Assembly (NCBI GenBank): GCA_027334565.1
Contig: DAHWUP010000005.1
Coordinates: 1 to 48,865, forward strand
Reading direction: 5' to 3'
Length of the DNA: 48,865 nt
Source: Candidatus Levyibacteriota bacterium
GTDB taxonomy: Bacteria > Patescibacteriota > Microgenomatia > Levybacterales > UBA12049
In this document: piece after piece, positions 1-9,328 of the stretch
Layout of the letters: each line of letters opens with the position of its first letter
Numbering within the stretch: the stretch's first letter is position 1
Position numbers and translations under genes: made by a program
The notes under the pieces: generated by a model
What the model saw: only the letters and a program-made list of their open reading frames with translations
Told to the model about the DNA's origin: nothing
The model's database searches: none

Positions 1-2
1 CT

Positions 3-176
3 GAGATATCAAAAGATATTCAAGAAAAAGAATTAGGAATCGTATATAAAAATTTAAAATTTAATGATATTAATAATCTAATTCTGAAATTTGATACAGA
101 TGGATTTCAGATTAGAGCTCGTAAGTTTTGTCGTCAACTCGATTACAACAATCTTTATAGTAGAATTCATTTATGA
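3..176 (+). CDS. partial CDS, C-terminal 57 codons of an upstream gene, function unknown
   Basis: Frame +3 is open from the window edge to TGA 174-176 (ends ..NLYSRIHL*). The stop overlaps the next ATG as ATGA, the coupling used repeatedly in this locus. It is absent from the ORF track because no start lies in the window. No domain is recognisable. Confidence 0.4.
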   Translation, partial: EISKDIQEKELGIVYKNLKFNDINNLILKFDTDGFQIRARKFCRQLDYNNLYSRIHL

Positions 177-1018
177 AAAATATTTTTTGGTTTGTAAAAC
201 AGTCCCTTGGTTTAGATTCTACATTTTTAATGGCATCAAATTGGCCTATGTCAAAAAGAATAAAATTTATAATGATAAAATACTATTTAATTATAAAGCA
301 TTTTGTTGTTCCTTTTAGATTGGGTAAAAGTCGTATAAAACTTTTTAACAACACAATTTATTATGATTCTCGTTTCGGACTTGCTGGGTACCAAAGAATT
401 TTATCGACGCATCAAAGATTACTAAAAATTTCTAAAGTAAGAAATATTAAGACGATTGTTGACGTTGGAGCTAATGTAGGTTATTTTTCCATGCTCGGAA
501 GGATGATGTTTCCTAAGGCAAAAATATATGCTATTGAACCAATCACGAAAGTATTTAGATTATTAGAGATGAATTTTAATAGCGATCTTAAAATTAAGTT
601 ATTTAATTCTTGTATTTCAGATTCTAACAAAAAGGTATTTATGACTTTTGATGAACAAAATCCTGCGTTAAGTAGGGTATCTGAGAAAGGAAAACTAGGC
701 GTTAAAGCATTAACCCTAGATAGTTTAATCATTAGCAATGAAATCAAAACCTTGGACATATTGAAAATAGATACGGAGATGTATGAGCAAAATGTTTTAT
801 ACGGAGCTCAAAAAACATTAGAGAGAACTAAATACCTATTTATTGAAATTACGCTAAAAAACAATCAACTATATACATTTTCTTCATTGATTAGTTTATT
901 ATATAAGCCAAAAAAATTTAATTTCCAATTAGTATCATTTCGTAATTTTGCGGATGTTTCTGAGGGGGAAATTCCCATTGTAGATTGTTTGTTTAAAAAT
1001 ATTAATTATCACGAGTAA
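173..1018 (+). CDS. FkbM-family SAM-dependent methyltransferase
   Basis: 281-aa ORF. The VDVGANVGYFS glycine-rich loop and LDILKIDTEMYE block are typical of FkbM-type methyltransferases. It sits in a glycan-locus context. Confidence 0.85.
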   Translation: MKNIFWFVKQSLGLDSTFLMASNWPMSKRIKFIMIKYYLIIKHFVVPFRLGKSRIKLFNNTIYYDSRFGLAGYQRILSTHQRLLKISKVRNIKTIVDVGANVGYFSMLGRMMFPKAKIYAIEPITKVFRLLEMNFNSDLKIKLFNSCISDSNKKVFMTFDEQNPALSRVSEKGKLGVKALTLDSLIISNEIKTLDILKIDTEMYEQNVLYGAQKTLERTKYLFIEITLKNNQLYTFSSLISLLYKPKKFNFQLVSFRNFADVSEGEIPIVDCLFKNINYHE

Positions 1019-1050
1019 ATTTTGATTAATTAGTTCACTAAATAATAGTT

Positions 1051-2070
1051 ATGAAGAAAGATCTAATCTCAATAATTATAGTAAATTGGAATGGGAAAAA
1101 ATGGTTACAGAAATGTTTAAGTTCGCTATATGCTCAAACTTATAAAAATTTTGAAATCGTTTTTGTAGATAACGGTTCAACCGACGACAGTGTAAACTAC
1201 GTAAGAAATAACTTTCCCCATACCCGAATTGTTAGAAGTGAAATAAACTTAGGCTTTGCGGGAGGAAACAATTTAGGTTATAAGAAAGCTAAAGGTGAGT
1301 TTATCTTACTTTTAAATAATGATATATATGTCAGGGAAAATTTTCTTAAGGACTTTTTAAAAGCCTTCAAAGAAATACCCAATTTAGCTTCTGTCCAGTC
1401 TAAAATTGTATTAATGGATAATCCTCAAAAATTAGATTTGGTTGGAGCTTATTGGACCGATTCTTCATTTCTATATTATTATGGTTTAGGGAAAGATGCA
1501 AAGCTAAAAAAATATAATATTCCTATGCCATTTTTTTCAAATAAAGGTGCTTCAATGATGATAAAAAGACAAATAATTGAGAAAATTGGACTTTTTGATG
1601 AAGATTTCTTTAATTATTACGAAGAAACAGATTTTTGTCATCGCGCTTGGTTAGCGGGGTACGAATGTTGGTATTGGCCCGAAGCCGTTGTATATCATGC
1701 ACTAGGTGGAACATCTATTACTTTTGATAATTCGTTTATCCAATACCATAATTTTAAAAACAAACTTTTGAGTTTTCTTAAAAATTTTGAACGTAATTCG
1801 CTAATTACTATTGTTCCCACATTTCTTTTCATAAACTTAGTCATAAGCATATATTGGTTGACAAAAGGTAAGTACAAACATTTCCTTGCCTTATATAAGG
1901 CAATTTATTGGAATATTCGAAATTTGAATAATACATTGAGAAAAAGAAGTATTATAAAATTGATTAGGGTAAGAAATGACAAAAACATAAATAATATTGT
2001 TAAAATTAATCCTAAACCAAAATACTATTTATATCTTTTAACTGGAAATTTAAGCAAATACAGAGATTAA
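1051..2070 (+). CDS. glycosyltransferase family 2 (GT-A fold)
   Basis: 339 aa. Contains IIIVNWNG..., VFVDNGSTDDS, LLLNND and DEDFFNYYEETDFCHR blocks typical of GT2 rhamnosyl/galactosyl-transferase-like enzymes. Confidence 0.9.
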   Translation: MKKDLISIIIVNWNGKKWLQKCLSSLYAQTYKNFEIVFVDNGSTDDSVNYVRNNFPHTRIVRSEINLGFAGGNNLGYKKAKGEFILLLNNDIYVRENFLKDFLKAFKEIPNLASVQSKIVLMDNPQKLDLVGAYWTDSSFLYYYGLGKDAKLKKYNIPMPFFSNKGASMMIKRQIIEKIGLFDEDFFNYYEETDFCHRAWLAGYECWYWPEAVVYHALGGTSITFDNSFIQYHNFKNKLLSFLKNFERNSLITIVPTFLFINLVISIYWLTKGKYKHFLALYKAIYWNIRNLNNTLRKRSIIKLIRVRNDKNINNIVKINPKPKYYLYLLTGNLSKYRD

Positions 2071-2111
2071 TACTATCCATGAATAAATTAAAAGATGGAA
2101 TTTAATCAATT

Positions 2112-2765
2112 ATGAGTGATTATAAAGATTATTTTAAAAGTCATTATAACTATAATTTTTCAAAGAAGGATATTGATGATTATAGCAATTGGTTTTATGC
2201 ACAATGGAATTTCATAAACAACAAGGTGCCTATACATGCAGATGACAACATTCTTGAAATTGGATCTGGTATAGGTGGATTTTATTCATTTCTAAATAAA
2301 TCTAATAAAAAAAAATATTTAGGACTAGAGTTAGATAAAAATGCTGTTGATTTTGCCAATAGATTTTTTGAAACAAAAGTATTTAAAAATGAATCAATTA
2401 CCGATTTTAATAATACAAATACCTATAATATTGTATTCGCCTTTGAAGTTTTGGAACATTTAGATTACCCAAAGCAAGAGATTGAGAAAATTCATTTGCT
2501 TTTGAAGAAAAATGGTTATTTCTGTGGAACATCTCCTTATCCTTTTAAAAAGAATATATTCGCAGATAAAACACACGTTTACGTATTGCATCCTGAGAAT
2601 TGGAAACGGATATTTTTCGAAGCAGGTTTTCGTTCTGTCCAAACATTTCCAATGTCTTTTTTACCATTTGTATGGAGAATTAATAAATATCTTAATCCTA
2701 GGATGCCAATGTATGTACCTTTTAATTATTTTATTTCTACATGTCTAATAATAGCAAAAAAATAA
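2112..2765 (+). CDS. class I SAM-dependent methyltransferase
   Basis: 217 aa. Contains ILEIGSGIGGF (SAM motif I) and FAFEVLEHL (post-I/II region). Confidence 0.8.
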   Translation: MSDYKDYFKSHYNYNFSKKDIDDYSNWFYAQWNFINNKVPIHADDNILEIGSGIGGFYSFLNKSNKKKYLGLELDKNAVDFANRFFETKVFKNESITDFNNTNTYNIVFAFEVLEHLDYPKQEIEKIHLLLKKNGYFCGTSPYPFKKNIFADKTHVYVLHPENWKRIFFEAGFRSVQTFPMSFLPFVWRINKYLNPRMPMYVPFNYFISTCLIIAKK

Positions 2766-5041
2766 AGCAGTTTTTTGATCTAGGAATAATAATTTTTTTG
2801 TTATTGCTACCTTATTGGATATTTGCTGGGAAATTTTTCATTGGTGGTGATGATACTAGACTTTATTATATTTATTCACGACAATGGCTATTTAACATTT
2901 CGTTTTATTCCTGGTTTAACCTTTCCTCTTTATCTATAAATAGTCCACAACAATTCATGTTCCCATTTACAATAGTTTGGTCTTTAATTAATGAAGTGAT
3001 TCATTTTAAGTTAATTTTGGATTATTTATCCTTTTCCTCCCCTTTAATAATTGGATTTATTTATTTCAAAATATTGTTTCATGAATTAGTACATAACCAT
3101 AAAGCTTATGGTTTTGAAATAGATATTGGGGCATTGCTATTTTTAATGGCACCCATTTTGTTCGTTAATCAACTTTCGATTTTCTTAAATTCTGTTTGGT
3201 TAATCTGCATTATACCGGTAATAAGCTATTACATAATTAGATATTTAAAGACTGGCAATATTTTATATGTATTTATAAATTACATGTTTTGTGTGTTTTT
3301 TTCTTTGGGAATATTTGCACTACCGTGGATATTGGGTTTTTTAATGCCACTTTTTATAAGCTTATTATTAATATATCATTTATATAGAACGAAGTCGGTT
3401 TATATAAAAAGAATCTTTATTTTTTGCTTTTCCATCCTTTTCTCTCAATCGTTTTGGCTATTACCGGCTGTGTTTTCGTATTTGTTTTCCAGCAGAAATA
3501 ATGTTGGAGGAGAAATTTTTTCTACAAGTTTTTTAAATAGCTTTACTGGAACTGTTCTTTCAACGGCCTCAGGAAATATTATTTATCCATTATTAAATCT
3601 CTTTCATAGACAAATAGCTTTTGATTATAGTTGGCCTTTAAAATATGTTTTTATTAACTTTTATGACAAAGTTTTATTTATAAACTTAATATTTGTCTTT
3701 ATCATATTTGTAGGAATTGTCAATACAAAGAAATTATTTAATAGTGAAAAAATTATTTACAAACTGATTTTACTTTCATTTATTTTTTCACTATTTTTCT
3801 TCACCGTGAACATCGGTCCTTTAAAATATGCATTTTTATTATTTGGAAATATACCTGGGTTTGTAATGTTTAGGAATTTTTATGATAAGTTCGCTTTGGG
3901 GTTTGTGGTATTTTATGCGGCATTAATTACTTTTTCATTGATAATCATTGCAAGAAGCTACCCTCGTATTAAAAACTATATATTTACAATATTTTTAGTA
4001 GTTTTAATTGTAAACATAATACCGATTAAACAAATAATTAACAAACCGTTGTGGACCACTAACAATGAGTATACTACAGTTAATTTATCCAACGAATATC
4101 TAAATTTTGTTAACCAAATACAGCGGGAAATTCAACCGACTAGTAATATTTTAGAAATCCCTTTTAATAATGCAGCCTATGCGATTATTAAGGACGACAA
4201 TTCAAATAACGCGTATGTTGGCACTTCGCCAATGAAAGTTTTTACAGGTATTAATGATTTTTCCGGAGATCTTTCGTTTAATGTTTTGGAGGCGCAAAGA
4301 ATAAATAGTGATATCAATACAAGAAATTACAAGGATTTGAATAAGTTTATGTATGATTTTAATATAGACTACGTTTTATTAACGAAAAATATCCCAAATG
4401 AAATTAAGCAATCGTATTTATTTAACAGCAAGGACTTAGCCAAACAGGATTCAAAAATGATAAGCAGTATAACCAACGGCGTAATTTTAAAAAGTGAGTT
4501 TGGGAATTATATTTTGTATTCCGCTAAACAACAAAAGTCTCTTTTTTCGGCATCCAATATAAAATACGTTAAAATTAATCCCACGATGTACAGAATTTAT
4601 TTCAGCGACCTTAAGGGAAAAGAAAAATTGGTTTTCAACGATGCTTACAATAATGGCTGGAAATTATATATGGGTAATCTTAATGATAATTGTTTTCCGT
4701 TTAAGATTTTCTCCGGTAATATTATAGAGTGTAAGGGTAACGAGGTCTTGCTAAAAGGCAACGAGCTTACATACTTGGTAAGTAAAAATCTTTTTAGTAA
4801 TTCGCATTTGGCCTTAGGCGATTATTCAAACGATTGGGTAATCGATGCTAATTATATAAAAGGTCACTTTAATAAAAATGACTATACTATTAATAAAGAC
4901 GGCAGTCTCAATTTCGAACTGACCTTGTATTTTTATCCGCAGCTATACTTTTATATTGGTTCAATAATATCGAGCCTATCATTTATTTCTATATGTTTGT
5001 TGTTGTTTAAAAAATTTTATGAAAGAGATATACACAAATAA
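2741..5041 (+). CDS. large polytopic membrane protein, putative GT-C-fold glycosyltransferase (YfhO-like)
   Basis: 766 aa with many hydrophobic helices. An acidic FIGGDD motif lies right after TM1 (GAT GAT at 2849-2854). A PGFVMFRNFYDKF block is shared with ORF 6029..8071. The C-terminal soluble domain carries AYNNGWKLY and a terminal TM helix, as I recall for YfhO-type proteins. The family call is by motif recall only. Confidence 0.55.
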   Translation: MSNNSKKIKQFFDLGIIIFLLLLPYWIFAGKFFIGGDDTRLYYIYSRQWLFNISFYSWFNLSSLSINSPQQFMFPFTIVWSLINEVIHFKLILDYLSFSSPLIIGFIYFKILFHELVHNHKAYGFEIDIGALLFLMAPILFVNQLSIFLNSVWLICIIPVISYYIIRYLKTGNILYVFINYMFCVFFSLGIFALPWILGFLMPLFISLLLIYHLYRTKSVYIKRIFIFCFSILFSQSFWLLPAVFSYLFSSRNNVGGEIFSTSFLNSFTGTVLSTASGNIIYPLLNLFHRQIAFDYSWPLKYVFINFYDKVLFINLIFVFIIFVGIVNTKKLFNSEKIIYKLILLSFIFSLFFFTVNIGPLKYAFLLFGNIPGFVMFRNFYDKFALGFVVFYAALITFSLIIIARSYPRIKNYIFTIFLVVLIVNIIPIKQIINKPLWTTNNEYTTVNLSNEYLNFVNQIQREIQPTSNILEIPFNNAAYAIIKDDNSNNAYVGTSPMKVFTGINDFSGDLSFNVLEAQRINSDINTRNYKDLNKFMYDFNIDYVLLTKNIPNEIKQSYLFNSKDLAKQDSKMISSITNGVILKSEFGNYILYSAKQQKSLFSASNIKYVKINPTMYRIYFSDLKGKEKLVFNDAYNNGWKLYMGNLNDNCFPFKIFSGNIIECKGNEVLLKGNELTYLVSKNLFSNSHLALGDYSNDWVIDANYIKGHFNKNDYTINKDGSLNFELTLYFYPQLYFYIGSIISSLSFISICLLLFKKFYERDIHK

Positions 5042-6032
5042 GTTATTTTTCATATTGGTTTCATTGTTACTAATAGCGGTTGGGGTCGTTCTTTCGATTA
5101 TATTTAATCCCTATTCAAGCCTATCAGTTTTAACAATTGGTGAAAATAAAGCGAATTTAAGATTTACGAATTCGACGACTTTATATAAAGGCGAAAAGGT
5201 GACCGGTGAGTTTGTCGCACAAGAGAATAACTTAGGTATAATTTATTTAAAGTTCAATAATTACGTTAAGCCGGATTATCAAAGCGAAGACACCCTAGTA
5301 TTTAGAATTAAACAGAAAGGTTCAGGCAAGTGGTTTGCCATTAACACTTATAAATCCGGGATTATAGAAGGGAATTTATTTTTTCCTTTAGGGTTTCCAA
5401 AGATAGCCGATTCAAAAGGGAAAACATACGTTTTCGAATTGCAATCCTTAAATGGAAATTACTTAAATGCTGTAACTGTAGATTTAAGTAGTTTTGCTTT
5501 CGCCAGCGGCTACCAAATTCCAAAAAGTGAGATTCTGGCCAGTAAGTACAGCTTCTTGAATTTTATGCTTAAGAAAATTCTGTATTCCTATGAGAACATC
5601 TATTTTATCTTTTCATCAATTCTTTATTTTCTTCCGGCCTTCTTTTACATATTCTGGAATACTGTTCTAACTAAGTTTATAGCTCATAAATATCTACTTG
5701 CGACCATAAGTTTGATTTTAATGGCAATGAACTTTATTTATATAAGAGACGTATATAGCGGCGTGCTTTTTGGAATTTTGGGATTATGGACAATTTCAAT
5801 TTCAATCTATAAATTGAAATCAGACGTCTCCCTTGGGGTATTCTTGGTAATATTTGTTGTTTCGGTAACGCTGATTCAATTTCACGGTAATTCCGATTTA
5901 ATTTATAAGCTTTCAGTGTGGGCATATTTTTTTCTGGTTGTGGGAGTACTTGAAAAAGTTTTCTATTTTGATAAAGAAGCGAAAATGGTTGACATCGTTG
6001 ATTTTATTAAAGGTCATTTTAAATTTTTATGA
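5019..6032 (+). CDS. membrane protein of unknown function (N-terminal TM, about 150-aa extracytoplasmic domain, C-terminal TM bundle)
   Basis: 337-aa ORF overlapping the upstream gene by 23 nt and coupled ATGA to the downstream gene. It has a hydrophobic N-terminal helix and 4-5 C-terminal helices. No family is recognised. Confidence 0.6.
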   Translation: MKEIYTNKLFFILVSLLLIAVGVVLSIIFNPYSSLSVLTIGENKANLRFTNSTTLYKGEKVTGEFVAQENNLGIIYLKFNNYVKPDYQSEDTLVFRIKQKGSGKWFAINTYKSGIIEGNLFFPLGFPKIADSKGKTYVFELQSLNGNYLNAVTVDLSSFAFASGYQIPKSEILASKYSFLNFMLKKILYSYENIYFIFSSILYFLPAFFYIFWNTVLTKFIAHKYLLATISLILMAMNFIYIRDVYSGVLFGILGLWTISISIYKLKSDVSLGVFLVIFVVSVTLIQFHGNSDLIYKLSVWAYFFLVVGVLEKVFYFDKEAKMVDIVDFIKGHFKFL

Positions 6033-8071
6033 AAAAGTTTTTATTGATCCTAGTGTTTTTATTTATACTGATCGACTTTAATTTTCTCTTTACAAATAAA
6101 GTAATAACGGGAGGTGACCTGACTTATGTTTACAGTTCAATGTTTTACAACAGGCCTTTGTGGCCGATGGCGTGGAACTTTTTCGACCTGAACGGACTAG
6201 GCGGGTTCGCTCCTCCCTTACAAGCTATAAATACGGCCTATGCAATTCCGACCTATGTTTTTGGAATCTTATTAAATCTTAGTTGGACGAACATTGAAAG
6301 ATTTTCATTACTCATTCCACTTCTAATTTTAACTGTCGCCTCCTCATTCATTTTATTTAAGAAGTTATTCAATACGGCATTTTCGTTTTTAGCATCGATC
6401 ATATTTGTATCAAATACATATTTTTTAATGCTAGTCGGTGGAGGACAAGTGTTTATTGGACTTTCGTATGCACTTTCGCCTCTGGTTTTATATTCATTTA
6501 TAAAATGCCAGGAAATTAGTATAAAAAGATCAGTTCTCTTCGGTATTTTGTTATCCGCTCAACTTCTACTAGATATTAGGGTTGCATATATTACTTTGGT
6601 GGCTACCGGACTCTATTGGTTAGTGACAGCTATTGAAAAAAAGAAAGTGCGGTATTTCATAAAGTCAATGGTTTATATGTTCATCATCCCGGGGTTTACG
6701 ACTTTTCTTCTCCATGCTTTTTGGCTTTTGCCAACTGTGATTTATCACCAAAATCCGCTTACGCAGTTGGGGACTGCGTATACGTCGACCGGTGCGGTGC
6801 AGTACTTCAGCTTTGCCAAATTTGAAAATACAATCAGTCTTTTGCATCCAAACTGGCCGGAAAACATTTTCGGCAAGGTATATTTTATGCGCCCCGAATT
6901 TTTGCTGTTACCAATATTTGCTTACGGAAGTTTATTGTTTGCAGCAAAGATTAAAGACTCAAGATTAAAGACTTATGTGATTTATTTTGCCCTGCTGGGT
7001 TTGGTCGGTGCGTTTTTGGCAAAAGGAGCAAACGATCCGTTCGGCGGAATATATCTTTGGATGTTTGATCACGTTCCGGGGTTTGTAATGTTTCGGGATT
7101 CTACCAAATGGTATACATTGGTGGCGATTTCGTATTCGGTTCTAATACCTTTCACGGTGTGGAAAGTTTATGAGTGGCTAAAAACGGATTTAAGATTTAA
7201 GATGTACGATCTAAAATTTTTGACCAGGAATAAAGTTTTTAATATCCAAAACTTATTCGTATTTATTGTAATTTGTTATCTCTTATTTTTGATCCGGCCG
7301 GCGTTACTTGGCCAATTGACAGGAACATTCAAACCAACAACCATTCCGCCCGAATACAATAAGCTTGGGCAGTTTCTTTCTACGCAATCTTCTTTTTCCA
7401 GGACGCTTTGGGTGCCGACAACACAAAGATTCGGCTACTATACCGATTTGCATCCTGAGATCTCAGGCCAGGATCTTTTTAATTCGTACAATGAACAGGC
7501 GCTGGTTAAAAAGCTAGCAGTTTCGGAGAAACTGCTTCAGGAGGCATCCGTTAAATACGTAATCGTTCCTTTTGATTCCGAGGGCGAGATTTTCCTAAAC
7601 GACAGAAAATATGATAACGTTTTATACCAAAAGACTGTTGCGGATGTAGCAAAAATAAAATACCTCAAAGAAGTTTACGGATTTGGCAGGATAGCGGTTT
7701 TTGAGGTTCCAACCCCCAAAGGACATTTTTATCTGAATGATCAATCTTCAACGATTAATTTTCAATTTATTAGTCCGGTTGAGTACAAATTAAGCATCCA
7801 AAACGCCAGAAAGGGTGACCGATTGGTTTTTGCGGAGAGTTTTGATAAGAACTGGGAACTGACGATCGAACACTTTAGTGTTGGGAGTTCTGAGTTCGAC
7901 CAAAGGTTCAATAGTTTCTTGCTGCCTGACGGCGGAAGTTATTCTGCGACGGTTTATTACACTCCACAAAAATACGTTGATATCGGACTGGTTGTCAGCG
8001 GAGTTTCGTTACTAACGGTTTTAGGGTACTTGATTTTTGTGTACAGAGATAAACTAAGATTGAAAAAATGA
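6029..8071 (+). CDS. large polytopic membrane protein, putative GT-C-fold glycosyltransferase (YfhO-like), paralog of 2741..5041
   Basis: 680 aa. ITGGD lies after TM1 (GAC at 6116-6118). The PGFVMFRDSTKWY block is shared with 2741..5041. The C-terminal region reads LVFAESFDKNWELT...YSATVYYTPQKY and ends in a terminal TM helix. Confidence 0.55.
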   Translation: MKKFLLILVFLFILIDFNFLFTNKVITGGDLTYVYSSMFYNRPLWPMAWNFFDLNGLGGFAPPLQAINTAYAIPTYVFGILLNLSWTNIERFSLLIPLLILTVASSFILFKKLFNTAFSFLASIIFVSNTYFLMLVGGGQVFIGLSYALSPLVLYSFIKCQEISIKRSVLFGILLSAQLLLDIRVAYITLVATGLYWLVTAIEKKKVRYFIKSMVYMFIIPGFTTFLLHAFWLLPTVIYHQNPLTQLGTAYTSTGAVQYFSFAKFENTISLLHPNWPENIFGKVYFMRPEFLLLPIFAYGSLLFAAKIKDSRLKTYVIYFALLGLVGAFLAKGANDPFGGIYLWMFDHVPGFVMFRDSTKWYTLVAISYSVLIPFTVWKVYEWLKTDLRFKMYDLKFLTRNKVFNIQNLFVFIVICYLLFLIRPALLGQLTGTFKPTTIPPEYNKLGQFLSTQSSFSRTLWVPTTQRFGYYTDLHPEISGQDLFNSYNEQALVKKLAVSEKLLQEASVKYVIVPFDSEGEIFLNDRKYDNVLYQKTVADVAKIKYLKEVYGFGRIAVFEVPTPKGHFYLNDQSSTINFQFISPVEYKLSIQNARKGDRLVFAESFDKNWELTIEHFSVGSSEFDQRFNSFLLPDGGSYSATVYYTPQKYVDIGLVVSGVSLLTVLGYLIFVYRDKLRLKK

Positions 8072-8277
8072 AAATTCAAGATATCATATTCGTCATAATT
8101 TTCATAATTATTGCTTTAAAAAGGGACAGCAAGATTTCGACTCTGGCCGGCATCTTGTGTCTATTGTTATCCATTCCTCTGTTTGCATTTTGGGTTTTCT
8201 TTACCGCCCAGCATCTGGTCTATTACGCCGCAGCATTTTTTCTTTTATCGATAATTCTTTTATATAACGATAAATAA
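8068..8277 (+). CDS. small hydrophobic membrane protein (2-3 TM), unknown function
   Basis: 69-aa ORF, ATGA-coupled to the upstream gene and almost entirely hydrophobic. Confidence 0.5.
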   Translation: MKIQDIIFVIIFIIIALKRDSKISTLAGILCLLLSIPLFAFWVFFTAQHLVYYAAAFFLLSIILLYNDK

Positions 8278-8299
8278 TTAGACTTCGGCGCTTAGGAAA

Positions 8300-8308
8300 T
8301 GGTAAAAT
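8300..8308 (+). promoter_or_regulatory. candidate extended -10 element (TGGTAAAAT) in the 80-bp gap before the GT2 gene
   Basis: TGnTAAAAT matches the extended -10 consensus TGnTATAAT at 8 of 9 specified positions. This is the only real intergenic gap in the first 9 kb. No good -35 is present. Confidence 0.3.
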
Positions 8309-8357
8309 CAACTTAAGTATTTTTTAAGTCATTTTGTAGACAATACTTAATAACAGT

Positions 8358-9293
8358 ATGATTTCCGCCGTTATTCCCGTTTATAACGAAGAAGAGAGTC
8401 TTGAGGCTTTTTATAAGATATTGATTCCCAATCTTTCCAAGCTGGACGATAATTATGAAGTTATTTTCGTGGATGACGGTTCGACCGATCAAAGCCTCGA
8501 AATATTAAAGGTATCTGCCAAAAAGAATTCAAACGTCAAAGTTTTTTCGTTTCGGGGAAACCGCGGCAAAGCAGAGGCTTTAACGGTCGGATTCCAGAAG
8601 GCAAAGGGAGATTTGATCGTGACCCTGGACGCGGATTTACAGGACAGGCCCGAGGAAATAGGGAAATTAATGGAAAAATTAAAGGAAGGCTTCGACCTTG
8701 TATCCGGTTGGAGAAAAGACCGAAAGGATGCTCTAAAAACCAGGCTTTCTTCGAGACTTTTCAACTTTATCATGAGTTCGTTCTGGGGAGTACACTTGCA
8801 TGATTATAACTGCGGATTAAAACTTTACAAGAAGGATGCTGCCAAAAGCCTGAATTTATACGGAGGAATGCACCGATTTATCCCGCTTTTGGTTTCGGAA
8901 AAAGGATTTGAAGTGGCGGAGGTTCCGGTGGAACATGAAAAAAGGCTTTACGGAAAGTCAAAATACGGCTTTTCCAAGATATTCAGGGACGTTCCGGATA
9001 TGTTCACCATACTTTTTCTTTCAAGGTACGCCGAGAGGCCATTGCATTTCTTCGGATTTGTCGGCGGCATCCTGTCGGCCATCGGATTTATTATTCTTCT
9101 ATATTTATCCATCCTCCATTTTCAGGGCAGGCCTATAGGGGATCGACCGCTTCTGTTTTTCGGATTGCTTCTTGTTCTAGCCGGTTTCCAGGTCTTTTTC
9201 ACGGGATTTCTGGCCGATTTGATCCTGCACATTTCCGGCAAAAACGGCTCCGTTCCCAACAAAGACGAATTCATAAAATATAAAAGTGAGTAA
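8358..9293 (+). CDS. polyprenyl-phosphate glycosyltransferase (GT2, GtrB/CsbB/DPM1-like)
   Basis: 311 aa. Contains VIPVYNEEESL, VDDGSTDQS and TLDADLQD (DXD), followed by two C-terminal TM helices (FFGFVGGILSAIGFIILLYL and LLFFGLLLVLAGFQVFFTGF). This architecture is typical of GtrB/ArnC/DPM1-type enzymes. Confidence 0.85.
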   Translation: MISAVIPVYNEEESLEAFYKILIPNLSKLDDNYEVIFVDDGSTDQSLEILKVSAKKNSNVKVFSFRGNRGKAEALTVGFQKAKGDLIVTLDADLQDRPEEIGKLMEKLKEGFDLVSGWRKDRKDALKTRLSSRLFNFIMSSFWGVHLHDYNCGLKLYKKDAAKSLNLYGGMHRFIPLLVSEKGFEVAEVPVEHEKRLYGKSKYGFSKIFRDVPDMFTILFLSRYAERPLHFFGFVGGILSAIGFIILLYLSILHFQGRPIGDRPLLFFGLLLVLAGFQVFFTGFLADLILHISGKNGSVPNKDEFIKYKSE

Positions 9294-9296
9294 TTA

Positions 9297-9316
9297 TTAA
9301 CGGGTTGACGGGTTAA
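9297..9316 (+). repeat. tandem ACGGGTT direct repeat (TTAACGGGTTGACGGGTTAA) just after a stop codon
   Basis: Read directly. Related copies occur at 10978-11002, 23115-23125, 27034-27048 and 16985-16994 (see findings). Confidence 0.3.
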
Positions 9317-9328
9317 TTTTTTAAGATT

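Noticed and set aside
91-318. 75-aa ORF at the left edge, and same-strand alternative-frame ORFs such as 2512..2748, 8908..9138 and 10634..10858
   Set aside because: They overlap better-supported frames: the partial ORF 3..176, the FkbM methyltransferase, the methyltransferase, the GT2 and the GT4. AT-rich DNA gives chance open frames.
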